DNA from: Nemertoderma westbladi
Taxonomy: Eukaryota; Animalia; Xenacoelomorpha
Length of the DNA stretch: 49,365 nucleotides
NCBI GenBank assembly: GCA_032718475.1
Contig: JAUCBJ010000463.1
Location: 1 to 49,365 of the forward strand
Direction: 5' to 3'
The translations under genes were made by a program, and so were the position numbers. The first letter of the stretch is position 1. Each line of letters opens with the position of its first letter. Of the stretch, positions 37,049 to 49,365 are shown in pieces. The notes below the pieces were generated by a model. That model searched no databases and had not been told where the DNA came from. It saw only the letters and a program-made list of their open reading frames with translations.

Positions 37049-37220
37049 TCTTTCGAGCCACAATAAAAAGTGTACTTTTATATGGGGGTGAGACCTGGAC
37101 ACTGATTAAATCACTTGAACAACGAATTGATGGTTGCTACACAAGACTACTAAGGGCAGCCCTAAACATCAACTGGAGACAACACATGATAAACGTCGAG
37201 CTTTATGGTAAAATACCACT
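37049..37220 (+). pseudogene. Fragment of a second RTE-like LINE family
   Basis: Manual translation FRATIKSVLLYGGETWTL...RIDGCYTRLLRAALNINW...ELYG. Confidence 0.75.
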
Positions 37221-37719
37221 GTATCAACCATCCTCTGTGAACATAGATAAAGATTCAATGGGCATTGTTAAGGGATACTGGACTGGAGAGAAACGAAATT
37301 GCGACAACTATGGAGAATCGGGAAGCCTGGAAGGATCTCATTTCCACTGTCCGAGCTCGCTCGACCTAATAATATTATTATTATTATTAGTCTTTCAATG
37401 ATACGCAAGATTATTTAATTATATTTATTGCACAGTTTGACGAATATTTAACCGATTTGAATAGTTTAATAATGTTCATGTATAAAATGAAGTGACAAAA
37501 AGAAGCATAGTAGTGTTGCTAGTATTGCTAACTTTTGCCGTCATGATGCGTATATTTAGTTAATAATTCAAATTTTAATTGATTATATTTAGTTTAGAGA
37601 TATAAAAAAGACATAAATTGCCACTGATAGTGACGACGATGAAATTTTGCCTCATTTATTGTACCGAGGAGTTAATCTTAATTCGAATAATTGCCTGATT
37701 GTTTAGTTAATTTAGATTA

Positions 37720-37890
37720 TTGATTAGTATATTTTATAACATTTAGTGAAAGAGTTTTTTGATTTATATGTTTTAATGCAAATTGTAGTGAATTACAAAG
37801 TTTTGTTCCGCTATATTTTAATGAATTTTGCGTTGATACTAACTGAGTCTGTGGGACAAAATAATTTAATGCCGCTGTTTGTAATAATAA
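37720..37890 (-). pseudogene. C-terminal fragment of a CR1/L2-group LINE ORF2
   Basis: VP.......NSLKYSGTKLCNSL...LK resembles the S..Y.G.KLWN.LP C-terminal motif. Confidence 0.55.
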
Positions 37891-38104
37891 GGATGAGATA
37901 CTGTAAATGGTTATTTTTTTATTGTTATTTATGTACCACATTAATTTTGGTACTTCAATTTTGGGTTTGGAGAAAGTAGGTGTGTAGGTTTGGGGTGGCT
38001 AAGCTAAGGAGGGGGGGGTAGAGTGGTGTGGTTAAGCTAAGGAGGTGGGTAGAGTGGTGTGGGAAGGGTTAATGGGTATAGTGCTGAGGGTGGGTTGGCT
38101 GAGG

Positions 38105-38447
38105 GTGGTGGTGGTTTAGTGGATCGCGTAGGGTTGGAGTAGCTGGGGGGGGGGGGGGTGGTTTAGTGGATCGCTAGGGGTTGGAGTAGCTGGGGGGGGG
38201 GGGGGTGGGGATTGGTGGCTTAGTGAATCGCATAGGGTTGGAGTCGCTGGGGGGGGGGGGGTGGGGATTGGTGGTTTAGTGGATCGCGTAGGGTTGGAGT
38301 AGTGGGGGGGGGGGGATTGGTGGTTTAGTGGATCGCTTAGGGTTGGAGTAGCTGGGGGGGGGGGATTGGTGGTTTAGTGGATCGCGTAGGGTTGGAGTAG
38401 CTGGGGGGGGGGGGGGATTGGTAGTTTAGTGGATCGCGTAGGGTTGG
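38105..38447 (+). repeat. G-rich ~55-60 bp minisatellite with poly-G tracts
   Basis: Six copies of GGTGGTTTAGTGGATCGCGTAGGGTTGGAGTAGCT followed by (G)n. Confidence 0.9.
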
Positions 38448-38469
38448 ACAACAACAAGAACAAACAAAT

Positions 38470-39438
38470 AACAAGAGTCCCACAAGAAATGAAAACAAAT
38501 AAGTTGGTGCCAGTTCCCAAGAAGGGCAACCTAACACTCTATGGTTCTTTTCGGGGAATCTCATTGATCGCGATTGCGATCATTAAATCGCATCAGCGAT
38601 CCCATTGAGAGACTGCTCTGTGGAAATCAGAATGAGTTCCGTAAAGGTCGTGGGACCATGGAGCCCATTTTGGCACTTATAAGGATAATTGAAGAGTTAT
38701 CAAAAAAGAAAGACAGGCATCTGGCTGTTATCTTTGTTGATGTCTTGAAGGCCTTTGATTCAGTCTCTCGCTCACGTATGTTCAGCATACTTTCATTATA
38801 TGGGATTCCTGATGAAATTATTGCAGCAATCAGATCAGTATCTTTGTTGACGTCTTGAAGGCCTTTGATTCAGTCTCTCGCTAACGTATGTTCAGCATAC
38901 TTTCATTATATGGGATTCCTGATGAAATTATTGCAGCAAACAGATCAGTATACGATGGTTCGACAACATTTGTGTCTACTGTTGACGGTGACACAGAACC
39001 ATTTGAAGTGTTATGGGGCGTCCTCCAGGGAGACACACTTGCACCATTCTTGTTCATAATTGTTGTTGACTATGTTCTACGCATGTCCTTAGATCATCCA
39101 TCATAATGATGATGGGGTGATGATAACTCCACCTACTGGCTCCAGAAGTCGAGGAAATCCTGCCAAGTACCTAACTGATCTAGACTTTGCTGATGACTTA
39201 GGAGTACTCTCAGAATCACTAGAGGTAGCCCAACGGCTCCTCAGCTCATTAGAACATGCTGCTTATAGTGTTGGTCTTTTTATTAACTCCAGAAAGACCA
39301 AAATTTTGACAGTTAACTTTGAAAGTCCTCAGCAAGTCTCTGATCGGATGAGCATAAACTCAAAAGATGGGATGCTTGAGCATGTGGATGACTTCTGTTA
39401 CCTGGGATCATGGATCCGGAAGTCAGGTGAGGACCTTC
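38470..39438 (+). pseudogene. Disrupted RTE reverse transcriptase fragment, same family as 1-729, truncated at both ends, with a ~110-bp internal duplication
   Basis: VPKKG, NQ..FRKGR, FVD..KAFDSV, GVLQGD.LAP.LF, LDFADD and F.YLGS spread across three ORFs. Confidence 0.9.
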
Positions 39439-42400
39439 CTCATTTAGCTTGTAGTTCAATGAGTCTTCTCACAGTCTCAATTATCAGATTATAATTCAAA
39501 TATGTCCAAGTAAATTTCAAATGAATAAAGACAAACGTAACCATTACCGGTACACTAATTAGCTGCCATTGCTGGAGAGCTGTAGGCATCTATAGACAAC
39601 TTAGTACAGTAGTACGGTACATGTAGGCCTAGAATGCAAAATACCTGGCATTTACAACTTTTTGAGGTTGAGTCAGATTGATTGTTTTCACTTTCAAACT
39701 TTTCACTTTCTTAGAGTGGCTCCAATACCAACCACCAACTTGTGCAGTATATTTCATCACTGTGTTTCCCTTCCTATACATATAATTTCCCTGCGATTAA
39801 ATAATTTTTTAATTTACAAAAATTGGAGAGTGTAGTAGTATTGTTGTAGTTTCGACATGATGCTGGCTGGCATACTTCAGTACTGTACACTGTGTACAGT
39901 ACTGAAGTGATTAATACATAATACCCCAATGCTAAGGTTCACTTTACTTCATGGCTCGCCCCACACTGCCACAGTACACATAATTGCAATTTTTAGGTTA
40001 GGAGAGTTTATATTATTTGTTTGTATTTTATTATGAAATTGCTTAAATAAGCAATAAAATTTAAAAGCGCTACACATATTCCTTATTTAAGCAACATTTG
40101 TCATTTTGAAAGATATTGCTTAATTAAGCAAGGCATATAATTTTAAAAATTTTAAAATGGAATAATTTGAGAACGCACAGATAGATTTTTTTGCGATTTC
40201 ATCATCTTATGCAGAATTTTTCGCTCTTTCTTTTCATCAAATAAAATCCTGCGCGAAAAATTTTTCTGATTTTTAAATTGAGATTTTGTGATTTGAAAAA
40301 TAAAAAATTGCTTATTTAAGCAAGGAGAAAATTAGCGGATTTTCAACATTCCTTATTTAAGCAATAATTTTTATTGCTTAAATAAGGATGGTCCCTAACT
40401 GCCAATATTGCGCGGCTAAAAAAATGTGCGCAGGCGTTGTGCGCGGTTCAGTGGTGGTTTGCAGCCTGGCACGGAGGTGGTTAAACATTGCTAAATAGAC
40501 ATTTTTAAGGGTTTGTTGTATGGAAGTAACTGCGCAATTGAAAAATCTGGCCAGGCCACCAGTAAGAAAAGCTGTCGATCTATCATCATAGAAAATTTCG
40601 TAGCATTTTATTGAAATTTGAAAAAAATTATGGGGGGGGGGGTCTCCAACTTGCTAAAAATGTTTGTTGTAGCCTACTCCTGTAATCTAAGAAATACTGA
40701 AATATTGAATAGGCCTATAGCGGATTTTCCGACATTATTATGATATTGCCACCTGCAGATCTGGCCATAAACAGATAAAGGCCCGATCTGCCGATAGTGA
40801 TTATGTAAATGCAGGGTGACAGACCGAACGTAATCAGGATCGAATTTACAGATTTAACATAGTTTTTACGAATCGAACATAACCTCAATTATGTTACAGT
40901 GTTAGGTACTGCAGTACAGCAGTATTGTTCAAGGACAGCTCTACTAGCTGACTAGTAGAGTAGAAGTAGAGTAGTGTGGTAGTAGTAGAGCTGTGCTTGG
41001 TACTGTTACATTAGATCCTATAACTATGTTACATTCTGACATTCGATCTACAAATTACTAAGCTCGAATGTAACATACATTTATTTCAGTTCTGCAGTTG
41101 TGGTTTGATTTCAGGAGTTAAACGATGAAATGCTTCATTTATTTACAGGAAGAAACAGTTTGGTGGGTAGAAAAAAACAAAGACCCAAGATCCAATTAAG
41201 TAACCTGCATATTCTTGTAACATGTGTTAACTTTCGTTTATTGTTTTGGTTCCCCCAACACGCATCTGTAACCTGCTCCTTTAAATAAAAGTAACCTGCA
41301 GACCTGCATAATCTTGTACCATGCTGCCATGTGTTAACTTTCGTTTATTGCTGTATTGTGTTGGTTTCCCCAACACGTCTGTCAGTCTGTGGTAAGGGTA
41401 ACCTGCTCCTTTAAATGTTAAATGGCAATGTTACATTCGGGCTTAGTAATTTGTAGATCGAATGTAACATAGGCTGATAGGCCTAGTCTGATAGTTATAG
41501 GATCCAATGTAACATAATTGCGGTTACGTTCGATAGGGCCCCAGACTGGAATCCATACACTTTGCGCCGGATTAATCCGGCCCTGGCTGCCTGGCAGGCT
41601 GGCTTAGCCTACCGCTTCAATACCGCTAGAGACTAGGCCTACTTCTGTACTTTACCTGTTTACCGTTCACGCACCGTTGGATGTGAACGGGGCTTAAAAC
41701 TGTAAAACGTGACTGCAGGCAGCAGCCAGCAGGGTAGCCGTAGCGGTAGGACTGTACCTGGCTGCCTGGCTGATCGGCAGATCGGTACTACAGTATGTAC
41801 TACATACTACTGTATGTATGTAGGGCCTACTTGAATCGCTGAATGCTGCAATGTCTGAATGATTGAATGAATGATTTCGTTTATCAGTCTTTACTGTTTA
41901 GGCCTACTGCAGTACTGTGTACTGAATGCAGAATGAAGAGGGAAAATGAAAAAAATAATGATTAGCTTTTGCCTAACAACAGTTTTTTTAAAGCAATCCA
42001 TGTGGCATTGATGCCTGGTGCAGATAAAGCGTTGCCATAGGTACCCAATTTAAAACCAATCAGGAAATAGTAGGCCTACAGAGAAGCACTCACTTCTCTA
42101 CTTTAAAGGATGGGACGGGGGGGGGGGGGGGATGAGATGAAGATACCTTGACCTTCATATTACGAGGTGTGATAAATTGAAATAATTATAAAATGGCGAT
42201 CAAGATTAAAATTAAATATCATTAGAAATGCAGGCGCCTGAATCCGTACCAGTGGGGGCAATTTTTTGTCGATTTTCCCTATGCCCGTGGTGAAACACTT
42301 ATGCGTTTAATTACCATTCGGGCACGGATTCAGGATAGAGCGGAAATGCACACCCAGCGTGCATATTCAAGACACCAGCGCACTGTTGCACTGTGGGTAA

Positions 42401-45400
42401 GAAAAGGTTTAATACTGTAAAGGACCAACAACTAAAATAAGATAAAACACTATTTATACATACTGTATTTGTTTTAAAATATATGTACGTAGGCCTACAG
42501 AATTGACATTGGCCGGTTTTTCATGGCCCGGGTCCGTTCATTTTAAATTTTCTAAACATTACAGCTTAAAAATAATACAATTTTAACGCATTCATATGCA
42601 CTGATTCAAAATACTATATCGGTTTGTCATTGTGAGCCACTTTTCTGGTTATTTGTGCATTAGAATAATCGAAATATAGGCCTACAGTACTTACTATACT
42701 GTATATGCATACATGTTACTACATCGTCCCTTTCATTTTCAAACAACCTAAATGACAAAATTGACTTTTCCTGTAAAACGGCATTTTCGATTCCAATTTT
42801 GTTTGTTTAATGTTTGAAAGTAATATTCCAAGATTTTGGTCTTATTTACTTTTGAATCCATTAAATGTAACGATTTTAAACAAAAATAGTTATGGTATTG
42901 GAATTATGTAATATATTATAGGTAGGAAACAATGTATAGGGATATTGGTTGTTTCAAAAAAAATATTACATTTTTTACAATGATTACTCAAAAAGCATTA
43001 AAACTCTCAAGACAAATTCGATTATTAAGTTTTAAAAATATAAAACAAATCTCCCTCTATCATAATAAACAATAATTCTAGCTCCTGATACGTTGTTTCC
43101 AATTTTATATTACCGTTTCCCAGGCTTACTCTATTTATAATAGTAACATGTATTATATAGGTTGTTTCAAAAAAATAATTCTTTATCATGCGGTCTATGC
43201 AAAACTGGTATATAGGTGTGTTAATCGGATTCAGAATACATTTTAACAGAAAGAAATGCAGCAATCTCCATTTCGGCAAAAATGTCATATTGGTGGTTTC
43301 AAAATGAAAGTGAATTGTTGATAATAAGTGAATTGTTGTGGGGTGAGTGACGCGGTGAATTAAATATATAATGTAAATAGGACAATATTTTTCGCTATGG
43401 AGAGCATTATCATATTGTCCTATTTAAAATGAAAGGGACGACATTATGTTTATTGTTTAAAATGAAATAATAATAATAATCTTAGTATATTCCCATAGAA
43501 CTGTAAATAAATAAATAATTTACAGGCAGAATGAATGCTGATAAATAGCATGGGAATAAGCCTCAGTGCTGTGATATCGTTTACACAAGTCTACCAATTA
43601 ATTAGGCTAAAGTAATTAAAAATCGTTTATCTGTTTATCTATAGTAAGTAATATATTTACCACCTACAGTATTTACTACATTATGCTACTTCTTCTCTGG
43701 AATATCGGGTTAATAATAGTTTCTAATAATTTTGATTTAAGGTCGGGTAAACTTGTGGATTTTCTTGTTTTTATAGGTAAACTTATTCCAGAGTTTGATT
43801 AATTTAATTGTCAGGCTATTATAACCGTATTTATTTATTATTTGTTTTCGGTATTTTTATTTTCAGTGTGCGGGGATTTGTGTTTTGAATTTTGTTGTTT
43901 AGAAAAGGTCGATTTTGACATTCTACTGTACATAGATTTTGAAAGGGTTTTAACAGATTGTTTAAATAATTTGTAAAGAAAAATTATGCCGAAATATTCA
44001 CGATATGATGAAAGCAGAGGTATTTTTGCGTTTCCCCGGAGTTCGGTGCCAGAGCAGTCTCTCGTCCTCTTTCCAAATATTGATCGTAGAGCTTAATTTT
44101 GTACTTTTTTCCATATTATATTTTGTTTGCTTGAAGCCATGTAGCCTACGTACAGTACATCATGGATAGGAATGAGAAGTTGACAACAGTAATGATTGTA
44201 TGGTAAGATTAATGCCACATTATATTTTTATGTTATATGTCTTTTATGTTATGTTTTTACGGACAGACAGACAGCAATTCAGACTGACATGACGATGTCA
44301 AATGAGAAAACTCACTTCGGAAATTAAATGACCGATCCGGAAAAAATCTTTAACAACTGCAACAAAATTTTTTAGCTGTATTGTGTGCATTCCAACAGTT
44401 CAATGGACAGACTTATTTAAATTACAGTACCCTAACCATAAACTTTAAATGCACTTTCTGACGAATGCAATTTATTTCATATTTCAAAGGCTTTTCCAAA
44501 AATGAACGACTTCACCTGAAATTTGGCATGAATCATGATTGAGTGGTGTAAACACACCCTACTGTATGATCACTTTTTCAATTTGTTTGTGGTAGGCCTA
44601 GCTGAGATACTGTATATGCCAAAAAGTGTCAAATTTAGGTAAAAAATGGCAAAATGTGCCCTGACAAACCATAGAAACATGAAATAATGTTTATTAACTT
44701 TTGTATCTGTATTTTCAGTAAGTTTAACGATAAAAACATAATGAACACATACATCTGTGCAGTAGGACTTTAGATTAATAACTAAATAAAACTACGTGGG
44801 AGAGAAACACCCAGGCTCTAAGGAACTCACGGGGGTCATTAATTAAGGTAAAATTAAATACAGTATTAATATATAAGATATAAACTTTGCACTGTGTTTA
44901 GGATATGAGGTTATTCAAATAATTAGAGTAAAAAATACATACAGTAATTAGAATGGGTTGGCCATGACTTATGGGAAAAGAGCAGTCATTTAAAAAATCA
45001 ACAGCCAGCCAGCAACTTGAGCGAAAGACTATTAAAATTGATTGCATTCTACAATATCCTGAGAAGTCGTTTCAAATAATTATTTGGAAAACTTGAATAA
45101 ATACAGTACCGGTATGTTATATTTATTCAAGTAATAAAATATACAATTCAAATGTTACTAATAAACTGAATAAGTGTGACACTAAGCTTTATGAGAATGA
45201 CAAGTACAGTTAGTTAGTAGGCCCTATTAATATATTTATAACTTACCAAGTTCTTAATAATAAGTAAACTCAATTGACCGACATGCTGCCATATATTCAC
45301 AGTAAAGGTTAAAATCTGTTAAAATCTGAAATAAAACGTAGGCCAAGACCCTTTTTTTTCGATGTTCTCTCGACCCTTTAGTAACGGTAAATAAAATGCC

Positions 45401-48400
45401 TCGAGTAGGCCTATAGTGAAAAAAAGTTCTACTTTTTTCCCATGTAATAAATAATTATTTGGGTGTGTTAGATATTTTACACTAAAAAGATTTTCTCGAC
45501 AAACATTTATTTGTGTATATCGAGGTTTTACCCTTTGTTATCACAATTCACTTGGTTTATTTTCTGTTTCATATTTTATTATTTACTCTGCATTTACTAG
45601 ATTTGCATAACGAATAAATTAATTGATATCAATAAGGTAAAAATAGAAATATTCCTACCCATGTTTGTGCTCTTTGCCAGCACAATTGTATCATTGGAGA
45701 ATAATCAATGACTGTCACACAGAAATGGGCTGGTCCCGGTGGCACAGCAAATAACTAAATCGACAATCAAAAGAAGCAGGAAATAAAGCAATTTCTTTAG
45801 TTAACGGGAAATTAAGTGACACAATATACAGTATTATATAAAAAGATTTAAAAATATAAATTTGTTCTGAAACCAGAAAATCTGCATCCAACTTCTCAGC
45901 AGCTACTGTACAATATTCCATTCCCAACGAGCTATTATCGCCAACTACACTGCACTGTATGGTTTGGATGGGATTGAGTGACAAATGAATGCAATTTAAA
46001 TGGTTGGGATGTAGTAGGCCTAGAGAATAAGGTGGTTCCAGTCATGACAGACAGGCCTCCTGGCCCTGAACAACTACAGTATTAAGAATCCTTCGTTGCA
46101 ATGCAACTGCAGTAAAATGTAGCACAGTTTGAGATGTACAGTAGCTGCACACGTCAAGGCTTTGAGTGTACTGCATAATGTGATACTGTACATAATGGTG
46201 GAATATTTGTATTATTAAACGAAATTCATTAATCATCATTATTCGAGAATAATGAGAATTAGCTTTGACAGAAAATTATCTTAATATAATAAACATCTTG
46301 CTTTGCGAATTGAATAGTATGACTGGGAGCGGGGGACAAATTAATTAAAAACTAAAAGTCAATTAAATTAAATTACTAATATGGTATATAATTATTCTGA
46401 TCACATCTACTACTGTTCCATAGTTTTCGTTGGTTTCACGTGAAAAAGCATGTGAAAAACAACCAGAGAGCATTAAATTTTACTTAAAAAAATGAAAATA
46501 ACAAAAAAATATTGAGCGAGATATAGCGATTTAAGCACCATTTTCGTTAGCAAAAGTTGTATAAAAATTATCAATAGTATTGAAAAATTTCCAAAAGCGA
46601 TAATAACTATTTAAGTGGTGGCAAAAAATAAGGCTTGAAAGAAGGCAAGACAAAAAATGTTACTTTTTGCCACAACTTACGTAGTTTTATTTGTTGTAAG
46701 TCTTCTCACTATTATTTGGGACTACTTCACCATAAATATCGTCCATCGAAGCTTCTTCCATAGTGAAATACGGGCATTACTATACAGTACCTTGCGTACC
46801 CATTGTTTCACCATTTTTTTAATATCAAAAACCTTTACCTCGAGGTTTTTTTTTAGAACAAATATTTGACCTTCTAACAGTAGGTTGGTATTTTTTTCCA
46901 AAAAATGTTCTTGAAAAAAAATGTGTTCTGAACAAAAATTTTTATCAAAATTCATAACTAACAATAATTGTTCTATAACATTTATAAAAAAGTAAAAAAA
47001 TCTAGCTAGTATAAAAAATATAAAATGTGTTCTAACACGTGTTCTATAACATTTAAAAAAAATAGCAAAAACTAGCTGTAATGGAAACATTACTTTTTGT
47101 GTTGACAGAAAGAGTGTTCCTTATTATGTTTTTGCTACTTTGTTTTTTTAATGTTCTATGTCATATTAGATATAGTTTTGCAAAAAAAAAATGTTTTAGA
47201 ACAAATCTTTTTTGTTCTAGAACATTTTTTTAAAAATTTATAATTCCTAATAATACACCTTAAAATGTTAATCTGTCGCCTTTAAATACTTCAAAATATT
47301 ATTCTAGAATGTTTTTTAATGTTTACAGTAGTAGGTTCACTTTAACTGTTTTCGTTAAATAAATTGCCACGTCACGAAAACATAAAGTGCTCTAAAGATA
47401 CAAATATTATTGAGATTTCCAAAGAATAGTATAAAAGAAAAGAATATAATTTTGAAAAAACATTTTTTTTAATAATTTTTTAATTTTTTAATAATTTTTT
47501 AAAATCACTAGCTAGCCTGATAATTTGTATTTTTTTAAAAAAATGTTAAATGTTTATAGATAAATAAACTATTTATTACACATAATTACTAATTTTTAAG
47601 AAATTTTTTTTTTGAATTTTTTTTTAAAAATAATAGCTAATTTGGAAAATCACTAGCTAGCCTGATAATATGTATTTTTTAATGTTTATAGATAAATCAA
47701 CAATTTATTACACATAATAATAAATTTTTAATAAATTTTTTTTATATATAAAAATGTTCTAGAACAAAAAATATTTGTTCTAGAACATAATTTTTTTACC
47801 TAACAATCAGCTAACATGAAATATAATAGTTCGAAAAAAAAGTAGCAAAAACTAGTTATAGTAAAAAAATATGGTCATAAAAAATATGGTCAATACACAT
47901 ACTGTAGTAGTGCCGAGACGTTTTCTATTGGTTTTTTTGTTACATAGCTAGTGGTTTTTAGGTAGCTACTGTTTTTAAATTCACAAAACCAAATTTTTGG
48001 TACATACTTTTTGATCAATTTTTGCACCTTGTTAACACTATTTCGACCGGGCTTTAAAATTTACGTTGTTGTACGGGGGGGGGGGGGGGGGGGGGGTACT
48101 GGTGCAGTATGCGAACACCCCCCGGCCCCCACCAAATTTTATCTACTAGCTAGTTTTTATGAATTTCTTTCTTTGAAATGTACTAGACTACTATTTTATT
48201 TTGAAAAAATGTATGTATAGAACATTTTTAGACAAAAGCCAGGTTTGTATTTAAAAAGAATAGGATGGTTATAAAACGTGTATAAAATAAATAAAACAAC
48301 TTTTTCAAATTATGATTAAAGAATTGCCTAAATGGCCATTCATTGCCACCATAGCTTTTACAATACAAGTTTTGGAAAAAGATTTTACAACTTAGTTGCT

Positions 48401-49082
48401 ACCTAACGAATATGGCGCTAGATTTTATAAAATGAAGCTCATTCAACTGTGAACTGTTAACAAGCTTCTAAAAATATCCTTGGTGCCTTGTTGCCTTGAT
48501 AAGTCTGCCGTGCAATGTAAAAAGACAGTTAGTCGCATTTTTCCAAAATTCACTTTTCTGGGTCTAAAAAATGCGCTCTATCTAATGGTAAAATCGAGAA
48601 CACCGTATACACTCTAGTTCTCAAGATATGCAATGTAGAAAGGCCGTAAGGCACAACATATATATAGTGTTACAAAGGAAAAACAACGAGTCACTTAAAT
48701 TTATGCAAAAAAAACCGTAAGTCAACAAGACTTGCGGTGTTTTGTCATTGCATAGATAATAAGAAAACGCACATACGGTTTTATTGAAATATGTCTTGAA
48801 ATATGTATTTACATACAGTTTTGTATAATGAAAAAACACCGTAAGTAGAAAAAATTACCCTGAAGTCAAAATATTAATGAAAAGTGAAAAATAATCACGT
48901 ATAAAAATTTCCCACCCCCAATTGCGTAGGGTTATAAAAAATAGTAATTTACGGACATTTTAAACCAACAATCGGAAGGAAAACAGTAATTTGCGTTTTA
49001 CTCGAAATGACTTTTTGTGACTTGCGGTCTTTTTACATTGCACGGCAGAAGTCTAGTGTACATAAAGCAAGACCAGCCGAGC

Positions 49083-49365
49083 ATGGATAAATATTCAAAT
49101 TTTGGCGCAGATTTGACTGCTGAAACGCGCGAATTACTGGCCGACATCCATAAAATGAAAATAGAACTTCTTAAAGAAATCCAAGAAATTAAGAACGAAA
49201 TTCAATCAATAACGCAGGAGTTGGACCGCTTAGAGCCGGTACCGTTAGACGCGAAAGCGACAACGCGATCAAAATCGTTAGCAATTGGTCGTCGGATGTT
49301 TAATGTCGATTGCAACAAAGGAATCGAGTACATGATAGCCAATAATCTTATCGAGGACACCCCGG
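49083..49365 (+). CDS. Cytohesin 5' coding region, copy B, open to the window edge
   Basis: Matches 29169-29451 by eye; no stop before the end of the window. Confidence 0.78.
   Translation, partial: MDKYSNFGADLTAETRELLADIHKMKIELLKEIQEIKNEIQSITQELDRLEPVPLDAKATTRSKSLAIGRRMFNVDCNKGIEYMIANNLIEDTP

Larger units (their letters stand above)
32927..40401. mobile_element. 7.5-kb composite DNA transposon, ~460-bp TIRs starting CAGTTAGGGACCATCC, 5-bp TSD CCAAT; copy B only
   Basis: TSD at 32922-32926 and 40402-40406. Empty site TCCAATATTG at ~9455. 32927-33388 mirrors ~39920-40401. Confidence 0.9.
29452..49365 (+). repeat. Tandem segmental duplication, copy B (19,914 bp; ~12.4 kb core plus a 7.5 kb insertion)
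   Basis: Collinear with copy A after removing TSD-bounded insertions; cores compute to ~12,416 and ~12,434 bp. Confidence 0.93.

Overview
AT-rich, repeat-dense animal (invertebrate-like) nuclear DNA, not prokaryotic. The window is dominated by a recent head-to-tail tandem duplication: copy A 5997-29451 and copy B 29452-49365, each reducing to a ~12.4 kb core once copy-specific insertions are removed. Each copy carries an intact, intronless 445-aa NR3 (ER/ERR-like) nuclear receptor gene on the minus strand and the 5' part of a divergently oriented cytohesin (Sec7 ARF-GEF) gene. The junction truncates cytohesin into a 106-aa, mostly coiled-coil ORF followed by AATAAA. Comparing the copies resolves nested DNA-transposon insertions with exact TSDs (5, 8 and 9 bp, and TA). 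These include a THAP9/P-element transposase, several CAG...CTG elements with 5-bp TSDs, and a TA-TSD element carrying eight co-oriented, ~190-bp-spaced CTCF-like motifs. Non-coding DNA is full of stereotyped 5-8 bp insertions (TA-CAG/CTG-TA, N5-CAG/CTG-N5, TA-GGCC-TA, TA-CCGG-TA) that look like excision footprints matching the resident element ends. RTE and CR1/L2-like LINE fragments and several minisatellites fill the rest. All alignments were done by eye and no database search was run.
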